A DNA stretch of 55,319 nucleotides, the filler included, from Jimgerdemannia flammicorona (lineage: Eukaryota), in NCBI GenBank assembly GCA_003990765.1. It is 2 parts of 2 records of this genome, joined end to end, with 100 filler letters (N's around TTAATTAATTAA, not from the genome) between each part and the next. Parts side by side here need not be neighbours in the genome. Positions count along the whole stretch, not along the records: positions 1 to 27,628 come from RBNJ01000618.1; 1 more part is not named here. One strand, given 5' to 3'. Shown here in pieces: positions 1 to 11,275 of this stretch (its first letter is position 1; each line of letters opens with the position of its first letter). Made by a program: the position numbers and the translations under genes. The notes under the pieces are model-generated. The model did not search any database. It was not told the DNA's origin and saw nothing but the letters and a program-made list of their open reading frames with translations.

Positions 1-123
1 AAAAAAAAAAAAAAAAAAGGGGGGGGCATGTTAAACCGATTTGTACCACAAGAATCTCTCTTCAACCCCATCCTCTCCTACATGACGCCTATATCATAAC
101 GTTCCCCATTCAATAATACACAC

Positions 124-1813
124 CTCGATGGATTTCCCGTTCATAGCCTTGATGACATCGCCCGGCTTTGTCGCTAGTCCCGAGGGTAAGTTCTCCGTAA
201 GTGGCGCGACGGCGATGACGTTGATGGGCAGACCGAGCTTGGCGATGCCGTACATAGCGCCGGCGACCGTCGCGGCGCCGCCCATGTCACCCTTCATCGC
301 GGCCATGTTAAGCGAGGGCTTGAGGGAGATACCGCCGCTGGGTAAGGGGTGAGCGAGGAGAAAGTACAAAGCCAATTGAAGTAGGATGGAGAGTTTTACA
401 TGGGATGATGATGTCAGGTTGAAATGTGCGAAGCGAAAGGGCCTTTTTTTAAAAAATAATAAAATAAAATAAATAAATAAAAAATGGGGGTGCTTACGCG
501 TCAAAGGTCACTCCTAGATGATTCCGGAATAAGACGTTCGTAATACAAACATAACAAATGCATTTTGGCGTCAAACCTCAAAATGAACTAAAAACACGCC
601 CAGTACCACCGCTCACGCAAACACAACAAACCTCCTCATTGCCCTACTCACCCTTCCCGACAAATCCCAATGGCTTCTGCCCCTTCTTTCCCCCCTTATA
701 ATGAATCTCCAAGAACCTCAACGGCTCCTGACTGCCCCTAGCAACGGACAGGAACGCGTTCATGCCCTGTTGTTGCACCCACTCCTGGTCCCTTACGATG
801 ACGTCAACGTTGTCAAGTCCTGCGAGGACGTATGCGACCTCCTCGGCGAAGATCTTTGGGGTCATGAGGTTGGCGGGTGTCTCCATGAGCGACCGTGCCA
901 GGTTCTGCGACGAGGCGTACGCCAGGCCCGTGTCCCACGCTAGCGTCGATGAAGAAGGAAGAGTCGTGCGGGCGGGCGGCTCGGAGAAGGCGCCAATCGT
1001 CACGTCCTGCTTGCGGGATGAAGGAGTCTTGAGCTTGTCGAAGGAGTAGAGACCTAGACGAGCGCCTTCGGCGGCACCTGGGAATAAAAAGGGTTGGGAG
1101 TAGGAGAGATCAGACCCAATCATTCATAGGAACTCAATGGACTTCGTTAAATGATTGTGCACCCTTACCGTGTGGACTAATTGAAACGTCGATACCAATG
1201 TTCTTCGCCTTTTGATCACGAAGAGTCTTTGCACCGATAGCCGCCTAGCAAAATCACGCGAGACGGTACAAATAAGGTATACATTGAATTAGAGAAAACT
1301 CCATTTGGCGAGGTAAATGTCTTGTGCTTTGTAGAAAAGCGCATCATCCAATGCACATGCACAATCCAATCCCTTCCATTCTCACCAACTTACCGCTATC
1401 CGCGCCCTCTCCATGACCCTCCCCTCCAATTCCTCCTCGGTCAATTGCTTCCTCGCCTTCCCCCCCTCCAGCTCCTCCCTCTTTCCGATCCCGACCACTG
1501 CGACCTGCTTCATGCCGCCGATGTTATACAACACGCGCACCTCCCCCAGCTTTGCCTTGGCGCCAGACGCGGAGAGCCTGTCTAGGATATCGGCGCGCGT
1601 CTGGGGAGTCAGGTCGGCGGTGGCGGAGAGTTCGATCGTGGCGTTGGCGGCTGAGGCGGCAGCACCCCTCTGGTCGGCGTAGGCATTGAGGACGATAGCG
1701 TCGTAGGTGGGGGTGTTGATGAAGTGGCGGCGCGCGAGGGCGGAGCGCACACGGGTTTGGGGGAAGGGGTAGAGGAGGCGCCTTGTCTGTGGGACGCGTA
1801 GCAGGTAGGACAT
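124..1813 (-). CDS. Cytosol/leucyl aminopeptidase, peptidase family M17 (5 exons visible; 3' end beyond window start)
   Basis: GT-AG exons 1813-1394, 1244-1169, 1077-652, 513-498 and 337-124 splice in frame. They give M17 motifs [43 protein letters not shown] and TENLPSG..KPGDVI. The Arg-rich N-terminus resembles a mitochondrial targeting peptide. Confidence 0.93.
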
Positions 1814-2131
1814 GGTGTATGGTGTATGGGTGACTGGGAGATGGCGCGCATTAATTAAATCGCAAATGGGATCGAGGCGGCGACGTCACGATAGGCGGTG
1901 TGCACAGGGTCCACGGGTTTGGGGGTTTAATGTGCCAGGTCCAGGTCCACCGGGTTTGGGGTGCGACTGCTCTTGGCCCGTGACTCGCCGTTGGTGGCTT
2001 GCCGTTCCTGCCCCCAAATTTCCTGAGGCTATAAATCTATCCATCCGGATCAGCTTATCTCTTTCTTCACGTAATTAGAACCCGACTCCCACCACCCCGA
2101 CCCCCACTTACCACCACCCCCCCGCTAGAAA

Positions 2132-3789
2132 ATGGATCTCATCACAAATCTTCAAACCGACAAGGCCCTCCTCACCGCAACCGCCATTCTTGGTCTTGTC
2201 GGCCTCATGTTTGTCGCGACCAAGGCCGTCGGCTTCCTGGGCGTCCTATTCGACGTCTTCGTCAAGCCCGGTGTTAGCGTAAGTTTGATTGATCCATATA
2301 TTTCTACAGAGAGGAGCTGTGTTGAGCGTTATAAAGAATCTAATGTACTTTACATAGAGCGGGGCTGTGTTGAGCGTTATAAAGAGTCTAATATACTTTA
2401 CATATATAGCTGACCACGTTCGGCGCAGGCAAGGGCGCTTGGGCCGGTAAGATTCACAATGTTTGGCCAACCTGTGTTTTAGAAATACTTTTGCCGGATG
2501 CTCATGCTCTACCATTTGTTCTATGCGTAAAGTAATTACCGGCGCCTCCGACGGCATCGGCAAGGAGTTCGCACATCAGCTCGCCCAGAAGAGGTTCAAC
2601 ATCTTGCTGGTATCCAGGACGGCGTCCAAACTCGACAAACTCGCCCAAGAGCTCCGTGCGTTACCTTTCCCTATTGTTGATTGTTGCAATTAGTTTGGGG
2701 TTGCATTTTGGAGATGGCTTGATCGCAATGCTAATGTCGCTATTTGCCCTTCTCTCAGAGCAAAAATACTCTATCAAGACCAAGACCTACGCCATGGACT
2801 TCACCAAGGGTGACGCTGCGGACTACAAGCGCCTCGCTGCCACCATCGACACAATCAAGGTTGGCGTCCTCGGTACGCAGTTGAGCCCACTTCCATCTCC
2901 CGTTTATATATTTTTCGATCCTTTCGTACCGTATCATCGAATGCATGTCATACACTAATCCCATTCACGTCATCATCATCTTCCAAACAGTCAACAACGT
3001 CGCCACCAACCACGAGATTCCCACGCCGTTCGCCGAGGAAGAGGAACGCGTTCTCGACGGCATCGTCGAGGTCAACATCCACGCCACACTTAAGGTCACC
3101 CGCCTGGTCCTGCCCCAGATGACTACCAAGTGAGTATTATACTATCGTACCACACATCTCATCTCATCAACCGTACACAATAATCCCCACCCCCAAACAC
3201 ACACACATACACATACACACACACAAACACACCTCTAACCCCACACTCCATCATCGACAGCCGCACGGGCCTGATCCTCAACCTTGGCTCCTTCGCTGGT
3301 ACCGTCGCGACACCCTACCTCTCGGCCTACTCCGCGAGCAAGGCTTTCCTGGCAACGTGGTCGCAAGCCGTTGGTGCAGAACTGGCGCCGTCGGGGGTGG
3401 TGGTGGAGCACATCAATACGTACTTCGTCGTGACGGCCATGAGCAAGATCCGCAAGCCGAGCTTCCTGATCCCGCTACCCAAGCCATACGTTGCATCTGT
3501 GCTCTCCAAGATCGGCGTCCAGGGCGGCGCATCCATTCCCTACGGGTCCACGCCCTACTTCTCGCACGCCGTTGCGAACTGGGCACTCGAGAACGTGTTC
3601 ACCACTAGATTCTGGGTTAATTACAATCTGAGTGAGTTCATTTCCTTTTTTGGAGGGCACGTGATGTAAATGATCTACAACACCGCTTCTAATACCGGCA
3701 CCGTCCTTCCAGGCCTGCAAACCGACATTCGCAAACGCGCCCTGCGCAAGCGCGAGCGCGAGGCCGCCGCCAAGGCCAAGACCCAGTAA
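2132..3789 (+). CDS. IFA38: Very-long-chain 3-oxoacyl-CoA reductase (SDR, Ifa38/HSD17B12 family), multi-exon
   Basis: N-terminal hydrophobic anchor; [16 protein letters not shown]ossmann motif; [16 protein letters not shown] and ILNLGSFAG; catalytic [18 protein letters not shown]-terminal [15 protein letters not shown] at 3787-3789. Confidence 0.92.
2308..2403 (+). repeat. 48-bp tandem duplication in intron 1 of the reductase gene
   Basis: AGAGAGGAGCTGTGTTGAGCGTTATAAAGAATCTAATGTACTTTACAT (2308-2355) is followed by a near-identical copy (2356-2403). Confidence 0.9.
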
Positions 3790-4619
3790 ATTTTATCCTG
3801 TTGCGATTGCATTAAGCGATGGAAGAGAAGAGAAAGGGGGATGATCTGCCAGTAAATCCGTAGAGATGCAATGTTATTTTGTTCAAGCGAAAAAGTGATT
3901 GCGTACGTCGTAATAAATAAATAAATTATGCAGTTATCTTCGCCACTTTGGAAACAACTCCCTCCTCGGGATAAACACCACACTCGTTTTTACCTGTCTA
4001 CACGGTCACTCAACCAGCGACCTTACGCTGCGACTTATGAACAAGGGTATATTCCTAAGTGTAATGGAAAGGTGTTGATCTCGAAACAGCAATGATAAGA
4101 AAACTAGGGAGTGGTTTCACCCCAATGCCTGCCTCTGAACCCGTCCGTGATACTAAACGTGAACGGCAAAATGATCGATTGGACGACAATCGGATTCACA
4201 CATGTCACACATCGGATTGTCCCCAGCTCCTGGGAACTCAAACTGACACACATCTCCTCCCTTCTATGCTCTCCACGGTTAGTGGATATGCCAAAAAAAA
4301 AAAAAAAACAAAAAACAAAAAACAAAAAAAATAGCCTTAGCACCAGCCTACGGAAATTACCTCGCAATGATAACGATTAATGAACGTCAAATATCATGCA
4401 GGATGAGCGCGCACGCAGTATAGTATTTCCCCAAATAAATCGATCTCTGGCGGGAAGACGACACTGAGAACGCAGCTACCATTTCGAACAAGCATATTCA
4501 CCGACCTACCTACTATAGAATCTTTCGGCTCAGAAGCGACTGGCTGTCACATGGTATGTTATCTCTGTATGAAGTGAGTGGTATTCTCGACGATAATGCA
4601 TCAGCTAAATAAAAGTGTC

Positions 4620-4853
4620 GAATGGACCGAATAAACTAAATAGACTTATTGACTAATTTAGCTGAATGAACTAAATAAGCCAAATAGAATGAATGAGCTA
4701 AAGAATTAAATGAACTGGATGGATTGGATGAACTGGAATGGATTGAATGAAACTAAATAGACTGGATAGATTGGATAGACTGAATAGATTAAATTAACCA
4801 AATAAATTAGATAAATTAGATAGACTAAATAATCTAAATAAATTAAATAAACT
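4620..4853. repeat. Degenerate 9-bp minisatellite at the left edge of the repeat island
   Basis: Units GAATGGACC, GAATGAACT, GGATGGATT, GGATAGACT, AGATAAATT and AAATAAATT recur with period ~9. Confidence 0.75.
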
Positions 4854-5399
4854 TTATTTATTCATAACCATATTTTATAAGTATTTAATTTGATTATAAG
4901 TTTGATAAAAATAATATTTACTAAATAAATAAATAAAATATTATTTTCTTAAAGAGCTATTTATTTTATAGTGAATATTATAATAATTTATTTATTTTAA
5001 ATAAAATAAAATTAATAATATATTTAAATTTAAAAATATAATATAATTAGTATTTATTTATAATTAACTTATTATTTATTTATTTTTAATAATAAGTTTA
5101 TTTATTTTTTGATTTTAGTATTTTGATTTTATAAAATTCTTTAAAATCAAAAATAGTAATCTAGTTTTTATTATTAATTTTTAATTAAATTCTTTATTTA
5201 AATAAATTAATTTATATAATTTATTATATATCTATATAATTCATATAATTATAAGTTTCATATTTATATTTTTTATATAATTATATAAATTATATAACTA
5301 TAACTACTAAACTATATAATATTATACTATATTGAGAATCAGATTCAGATACTATAATTAAATATCTATTCTCTGATTATACTTCCTAATTTAGATTAA

Positions 5400-6593
5400 T
5401 TTTTTTTTTTTTTTTTTTTTTTAATAGACTCAATATCCTATAGAATTTTATTAGAAGAGAATCTAGACTATATAGGCCAAAACCCTCCCCCACTATCCAC
5501 CAAGCACTGCCCCTCCATTAATTTAGGCTAGCTATTATCTAGCAGCTTGACTATGTTAGGTACAGCAGGACCTATGGTGGTCTATACCTCATTCTACATA
5601 CTATACTCTCCCTACTACCAGAGAAAACCCAACTATATACCAATGACTGAAAGCATATGTCTGAGAACCTAACATATATATAAGGCCATGCTCAAGTCAA
5701 ATAGAATAGCCCTTGCCACCCCAAAGAGAATGACAGGTAAAGAAAAACCCTCATCAAAGTACAACATGGTGGGTAGAGCCTGGTTCTCTCAGTTGAGATG
5801 AGTAAAAGACTTATATGTGAGGTGGAAGGAGACTTCCAATATCCCACTACTCAAGTCTACAGGCCTCAATCACATTGCCATATCAGCTCTCGGTTTCAGT
5901 TAAGTATAGCCAAGACACCTGAAATGAATAGCCTCAGGCCCCCTGACCCCCTCTAATAACCAGGGCCTAACCCGCCAACCCACCAAAAGAAGCTGAAAGT
6001 GATACCTATCATCTAACCATACTGTATCAATCAAAAGGCCCTACTGAAGCAGCACCTGCCCTAGCCCTAATGACCACCCCCAGCCTGGCACTCTACTGGT
6101 CTACTGTTATTACCCTTCCTTCTATCTGTAATGGTCATCTTCTCTTCCATTCTGATAATACACAAAAAGCAGTTACCTATACTAGAACTGCACTCACTGG
6201 AAAGCTTGCTAAAGCCAGAGGGCCCCACCACAGGTACCGAAGACCTGTAGATAACCTATACTGAGCACTTGATACCCAAGGTCAGCCAACTTCCTATATA
6301 GCTCAAGACATACCAAGACAATATCTTGTTGGTGACAGCAAAAGGAAGAAGGTACCATACCAAAATGAATATACTCCAGATACAGCCAAAGGTACCAGAA
6401 ACTATGAAAAAGTGGAGAAGACACTGATCCGATACTGATAAAGGGGCAACTCATCACTATTGTCTCCCTCTCACTGCCCTGCAATAGGTATAGCAAACCA
6501 ACTTGAGGTAGAGAGAGTAATAATTATGAAAAGTAGACTTGGAAGGTTGTCTATCAAACTATTATGACCAGTAAGGTAGTAGAGAAAGATCTG
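5400..6593 (-). mobile_element. Short (~1.2 kb) non-autonomous non-LTR retroelement with poly(A) tail and 12-bp target-site duplication
   Basis: Poly-T at 5400-5422 (minus-strand poly(A)); identical TTTAGATTAATT at 5390-5401 and 6594-6605. Segment ~5655-5850 matches 27729-27920 and ~6470-6593 resembles 28457-28584. Confidence 0.75.
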
Positions 6594-9500
6594 TTTAGAT
6601 TAATTATTATAACTTTCTTCTAAATAAATAATTTTATCTCTAAATTATCTTATTTAAACTTCCAAGCTTCTACTAGTTATATATTTTTATATTATGTAAT
6701 CTACTCAATTATATTCTCTTAATAGTATCTCTTTATCTATTAAAAATCTCCTAGAACTACTTCTCAGAAATGAGCTAGAGCTTGTTTATCATTCTTGAAT
6801 AGTTTATAAACTCATTTGATAATAGTAATCTGAGTGTAAAATATCTAATACTCTGTAATCTATATATTTTTCTTTAGTTATATTCTTTTTCTCATTTAGT
6901 AATTATCCTAACTTAAAGTATTCTTAAAACTCAGCATAGTTTTGATAGACTCCAAAGTATAAAATATATAATAAGTAAATTTATATAATACTTTAAGAAT
7001 TTCTCTATAGATAATAGTTCAGTAGAATACTATTATATATCTCTTTATAACTTTCTAGATAGTAATAGTGATCTTGAGAGCTGTAGTAGTATTTTATTGA
7101 CTAGCTATAATATTTCTTAAGTCAGTTTTGGTAAATAGTAGTAGAAATAATTATATCTAATAATTTTTATAACTAAAAGATAGTTCTTTTTATATTTTGT
7201 ATAAAGTAAGATCTTTTTTTACTTAGGCTTCAGTTTTAATAACCATGAAGCTTTTACTGTATTCTAATATATTAGAACTTTGTTTTTTATCTTAATAGTC
7301 TTCAAGAGCTTATAGATCTTCTTTATATTATTCTATTATAATATTTATATTTTAATTATGTAATCTTTAGTCTTTTTTCTTATTTGGTATAATCTCTATA
7401 TCTTAGTATATATCTACTCATTTCTATACTATATCTCTATTGAATGATAAGATATTCCTTCAGAACTTTCTTCTCTGAACAGTAATTCCTGAGAAGTAAA
7501 GTAGATATTTTGTAATTATATATATATCTCAAAGAGTAGATACATAATACTATTAGCAGATATATAGTGATCTCAATTTTTATAGTTATTACAAATCTTA
7601 GTAATAATATTCTTAAAAGTCTTATTGGTGCTTTCTGTTTGTCTATTTTCTTAAAAATAATAAACTATAATTTAAATGTACTAAATCTTATACTTCTTAT
7701 AGAGAACCCCAAAGAGCTGATTCATAAATTCTATTTCTCTATCTGTTGTTACTTACTTTAGTATCTTGAATCAATAGATGATTTCTCTATAGAAAAAATT
7801 ACTATAATGATAATGATATATTAGTTATCAGCTAATGTCAGAGATAGGGGGCTAATTACATCTATTATAATATAGACAAATAGTACTAGTTCTATATCTG
7901 CTAATTCTGATATCTGATTTTATTAATCTTACTTCTATTTTATAGATCTTGATAAATTATCTAATATCTTTCTTTATTTCTGACCACTATATTATTCTTC
8001 TTACTTTGTCATATATATTTATTCCTCTTAGATAACTGAGTTCATATACTAACTTCATTGCTTATTTCTTCTTATACTCTAATATGACTAATAGTTTTTT
8101 TTTTTTTAGTATTTTTCCATCAGTTTTAAATTATTTTCAAATTTTGTTAATAATTATTACTCTCTATTTTTTTTTAAATATTGGAGTATCTTTCACTATC
8201 TTAGATATATAATGATTTCATAGTAGAGTTTTTTATTTATTTTTTATTTTACTAGTTATAGATCCTTTAGAGTATTTATAAGAGAGTATCTATATTAGTA
8301 TTGATTCTTTCTGAGTAGTATATAATAGTTATATCATAAACTTGCAACTTTATAATTTATCTGATAAATATTTCTTTGAGTTTACTTGTAGTCAATAACT
8401 AGATAAGGGTCAAATGATCTATCAAGATAGTGAAGTGTTTTTCTATAAGATAGTAGTAAAACATTTCTATTATCTAGATAACTACAAGGTACTTTAACTT
8501 ATATAATTCATATACTCAACTTTATTCTTCTTTTATATAAGAATAGCTTCTAGTTTAATTGAGCTTATATTTATCTATAGAATGAACTCTTAAGATAAGT
8601 ACTTAGATTAATTAAATATTGAGATATTCAAAAGCTTATTACTGTCTACCAGTTTATTGAAACTTAGTATTCTTCTTAAATAGTTTATAGATAGAATCTA
8701 TAATATTAGAAAATCCTTTGATAAATCTTCTATAATAAGTAATAAGTCTCATGAAGACTTGAGCTTTAATAACTATTATAGATCTTAAGTAGACTACTAC
8801 TGCTTAAATCTTAATAGAGTCTATATATATCTGTGAGTGAATCTGATGATTCTCTTATTAGAATAGTTCTTAGATATAGTGGCAATTTTATATATCAGTC
8901 TTATATAACATAATGATCTTTATACAATAATATCTTACTTATCTTATCAGAGCTAGAAATGATAAAAATTATATTTGAATATAACAATCAGATATATATT
9001 TAGAAATTATATTCAGATATAGTATATCTATAAGTTCTAAGTCATACTTATATAATATGATATCTGAGTACTATATTTATTTAGTATTTCAAAATTAAAA
9101 ATTTAACTATATTTTAAGATTTGAAATTAGCTATTATTATTAGAATACTAGAATAATTACTATACCTTTAAATATATATATTCATGAATTGTTTTAGGAT
9201 CTAAAATATCTTTTTTAACTACTATAAGATCTTTATTACTTGAAAAAACTCTCTTAATTAGAGTACTTGTTACTGGAATAGCTAAGTAGTTATGTACTAT
9301 TTTTGCTAAATTTGAGAAACCTCTACTATGGTTCTAATATTCCTAAATAATTAAATCAATTAGAGAAACTCAAATAATATTTTGAATTAACTTAATTTAA
9401 AATATAAATTCCCAACTCACTTACTACTAAGATAATATATCAACTTTTACTTGAAATTTAACAGTTTTACTTTTCAAATAAGCATCTATCTCCTGCCTAA

Positions 9501-9778
9501 AATCTGTTATCAGTTTTTATCTTTTGTTGAATATATATTCATATAGTATAATATTTTCTAATTCTTTATAATCTTTAGAACTTTATTTGATTAATTGATC
9601 CAGATAGAGAAGCATAGTTTTTATTATAAACTATATAAGTTTATCTTTGATCTCTTCAATCCAAATATCTTCTCAATTATGTGATAAATAATATTCTAGC
9701 TTAAGCCTGAGATCAAATACTAGTTTTTATCAAAAAATAAAATAAAATAAAATTTAAAATAAATTAATAGTAGCTAAC

Positions 9779-9873
9779 AAGTGAATTTCAAAATAGATTT
9801 ATATTATTTCTAATACTAAGTGGATTTTGAAATAGATTTATACTATCTCTAATATTAAGTAAATTTCAAAATA
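9779..9873. repeat. 39-bp tandem repeat, ~2.4 copies
   Basis: AAGTGAATTTCAAAATAGATTTATATTATTTCTAATACT-like units start at 9779, 9818 and 9857. Confidence 0.8.
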
Positions 9874-10716
9874 TTTGCTTATTAGTATTAATATAATAAA
9901 TTAAAGTATTTGTTATTAAATAATATATCTTCAACTTAATAATAGCTATAGTTAGTACTAAATAAATAATATTCAGCTCTTCTATATGTTTTCAAATTTC
10001 TTGATCATTATCCTCTAATATATCTATTAGAAAGTTATAAATAGGAATAGAAGAATAAATCATTAGATATTTATAATGAGCTGCAAGATCTATTACTTAT
10101 TTAAAGTACTTTAGCATACTAATAATATCTTTTAGTATTTGCTAAGTATAGTCTTCTATAGTATATTTTCACAAATCTTGATTAGTTATAATATTGAGGT
10201 TAAAGACTATTAATAAATTAATTTATTAGATTATTTGAAAAAAAAAAACTGAAAAATAAAAAAACTAAATATAATATAATCAGCTTATCTCTAATAATTC
10301 TAAGATCTGTTCAACTATTAAATATATTGAATTCTATTGAGTTTTAATGTCCAAAGTAAGTTCTTTTTGAATTATAGACTCTAAAAGCTTTATATTATAT
10401 AATAAATCTCTCTCAATATTATAATAATAACTAGATCTTGATAATAATTAATTAGAGCTTTGAAATTATTTCTTCAAAACTATCTTTACTCACATTAGTA
10501 TCAGCTTTTAAATAGACTAAAAAGGTTTGAACAGCTAAATTAATAATATAAGTCAGGTAGAATATATGTTATATATATTAACTAATAGTTAAGACTAGTA
10601 TAATCAAACTCTATTCTAATTGTTTGAAAAAACATAGTATTATTGGATGTATTATCTGTTGTTATAGTTAATATCTAGAGTAAAAAATTAATAATTTAAA
10701 TATAAGATAACTTTTC

Positions 10717-10885
10717 TTTTTCAAAAATCCAACCTTTTTTTTTGAAAACTCAACCATTTTTGAAAATCCAACCTTTTTGAAAACCTGATCTTTTTGAAAA
10801 CTGACCTTTTTTGAAAACCCAACCTTTTTTGAAAACTTAACCTTTTTCAAAAACTCAACCTTTTTAAAATATAATCTTTTTGAAA
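10717..10885. repeat. ~17-bp tandem repeat (TTTTTGAAAACYCAACC-like), ~10 copies
   Basis: Repeated TTTTTGAAAATCCAACC / TTTTTGAAAACTCAACC / TTTTTGAAAACCCAACC variants. Confidence 0.85.
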
Positions 10886-11275
10886 GGCTTATTTTCTACA
10901 TATCTTCATCTATATGCCAAAATCTCAAATATAGTTCACAAAGACACCAGTAAGATTTTCATCCAAATGAGATTCTGATAGCTTCACAAAATCAATCAAT
11001 ATATAGTTAAGTTATCAATTTTAACAAATTCAGTATATATTAATTCTAAGAAATATATATATATTAGATAATATCTATGTATTATAATGGTTGATCTGAA
11101 TTAGTAATATGAATTAGAAGAATAGACATTTGATCATAGTACCTAAATCTGATTCTCAAATATAATAGTCTTACAAATAGCAGTTATATTTTATAAATAT
11201 AGAAACTTTAATAGATGTTAAAGTATTTACAAATATTAAAATATATAAAGATATTAAGAATTAATACTTATGTAA

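Larger units (their letters stand above)
6606..11270. mobile_element. Extremely AT-rich, CpG-free decayed repeat/transposon relics (family not identifiable)
   Basis: Virtually no CpG, strong TpA excess, no credible ORF, internal tandem repeats, and located between recognisable retroelements. Confidence 0.45.

Noticed and set aside
4860..11270. Mitochondrial or endobacterial (Mollicutes-like) insertion suggested by extreme AT content
   Set aside because: No rRNA, tRNA or protein similarity is visible. The TpA excess, CpG absence and embedded retroelement fit decayed repeats.
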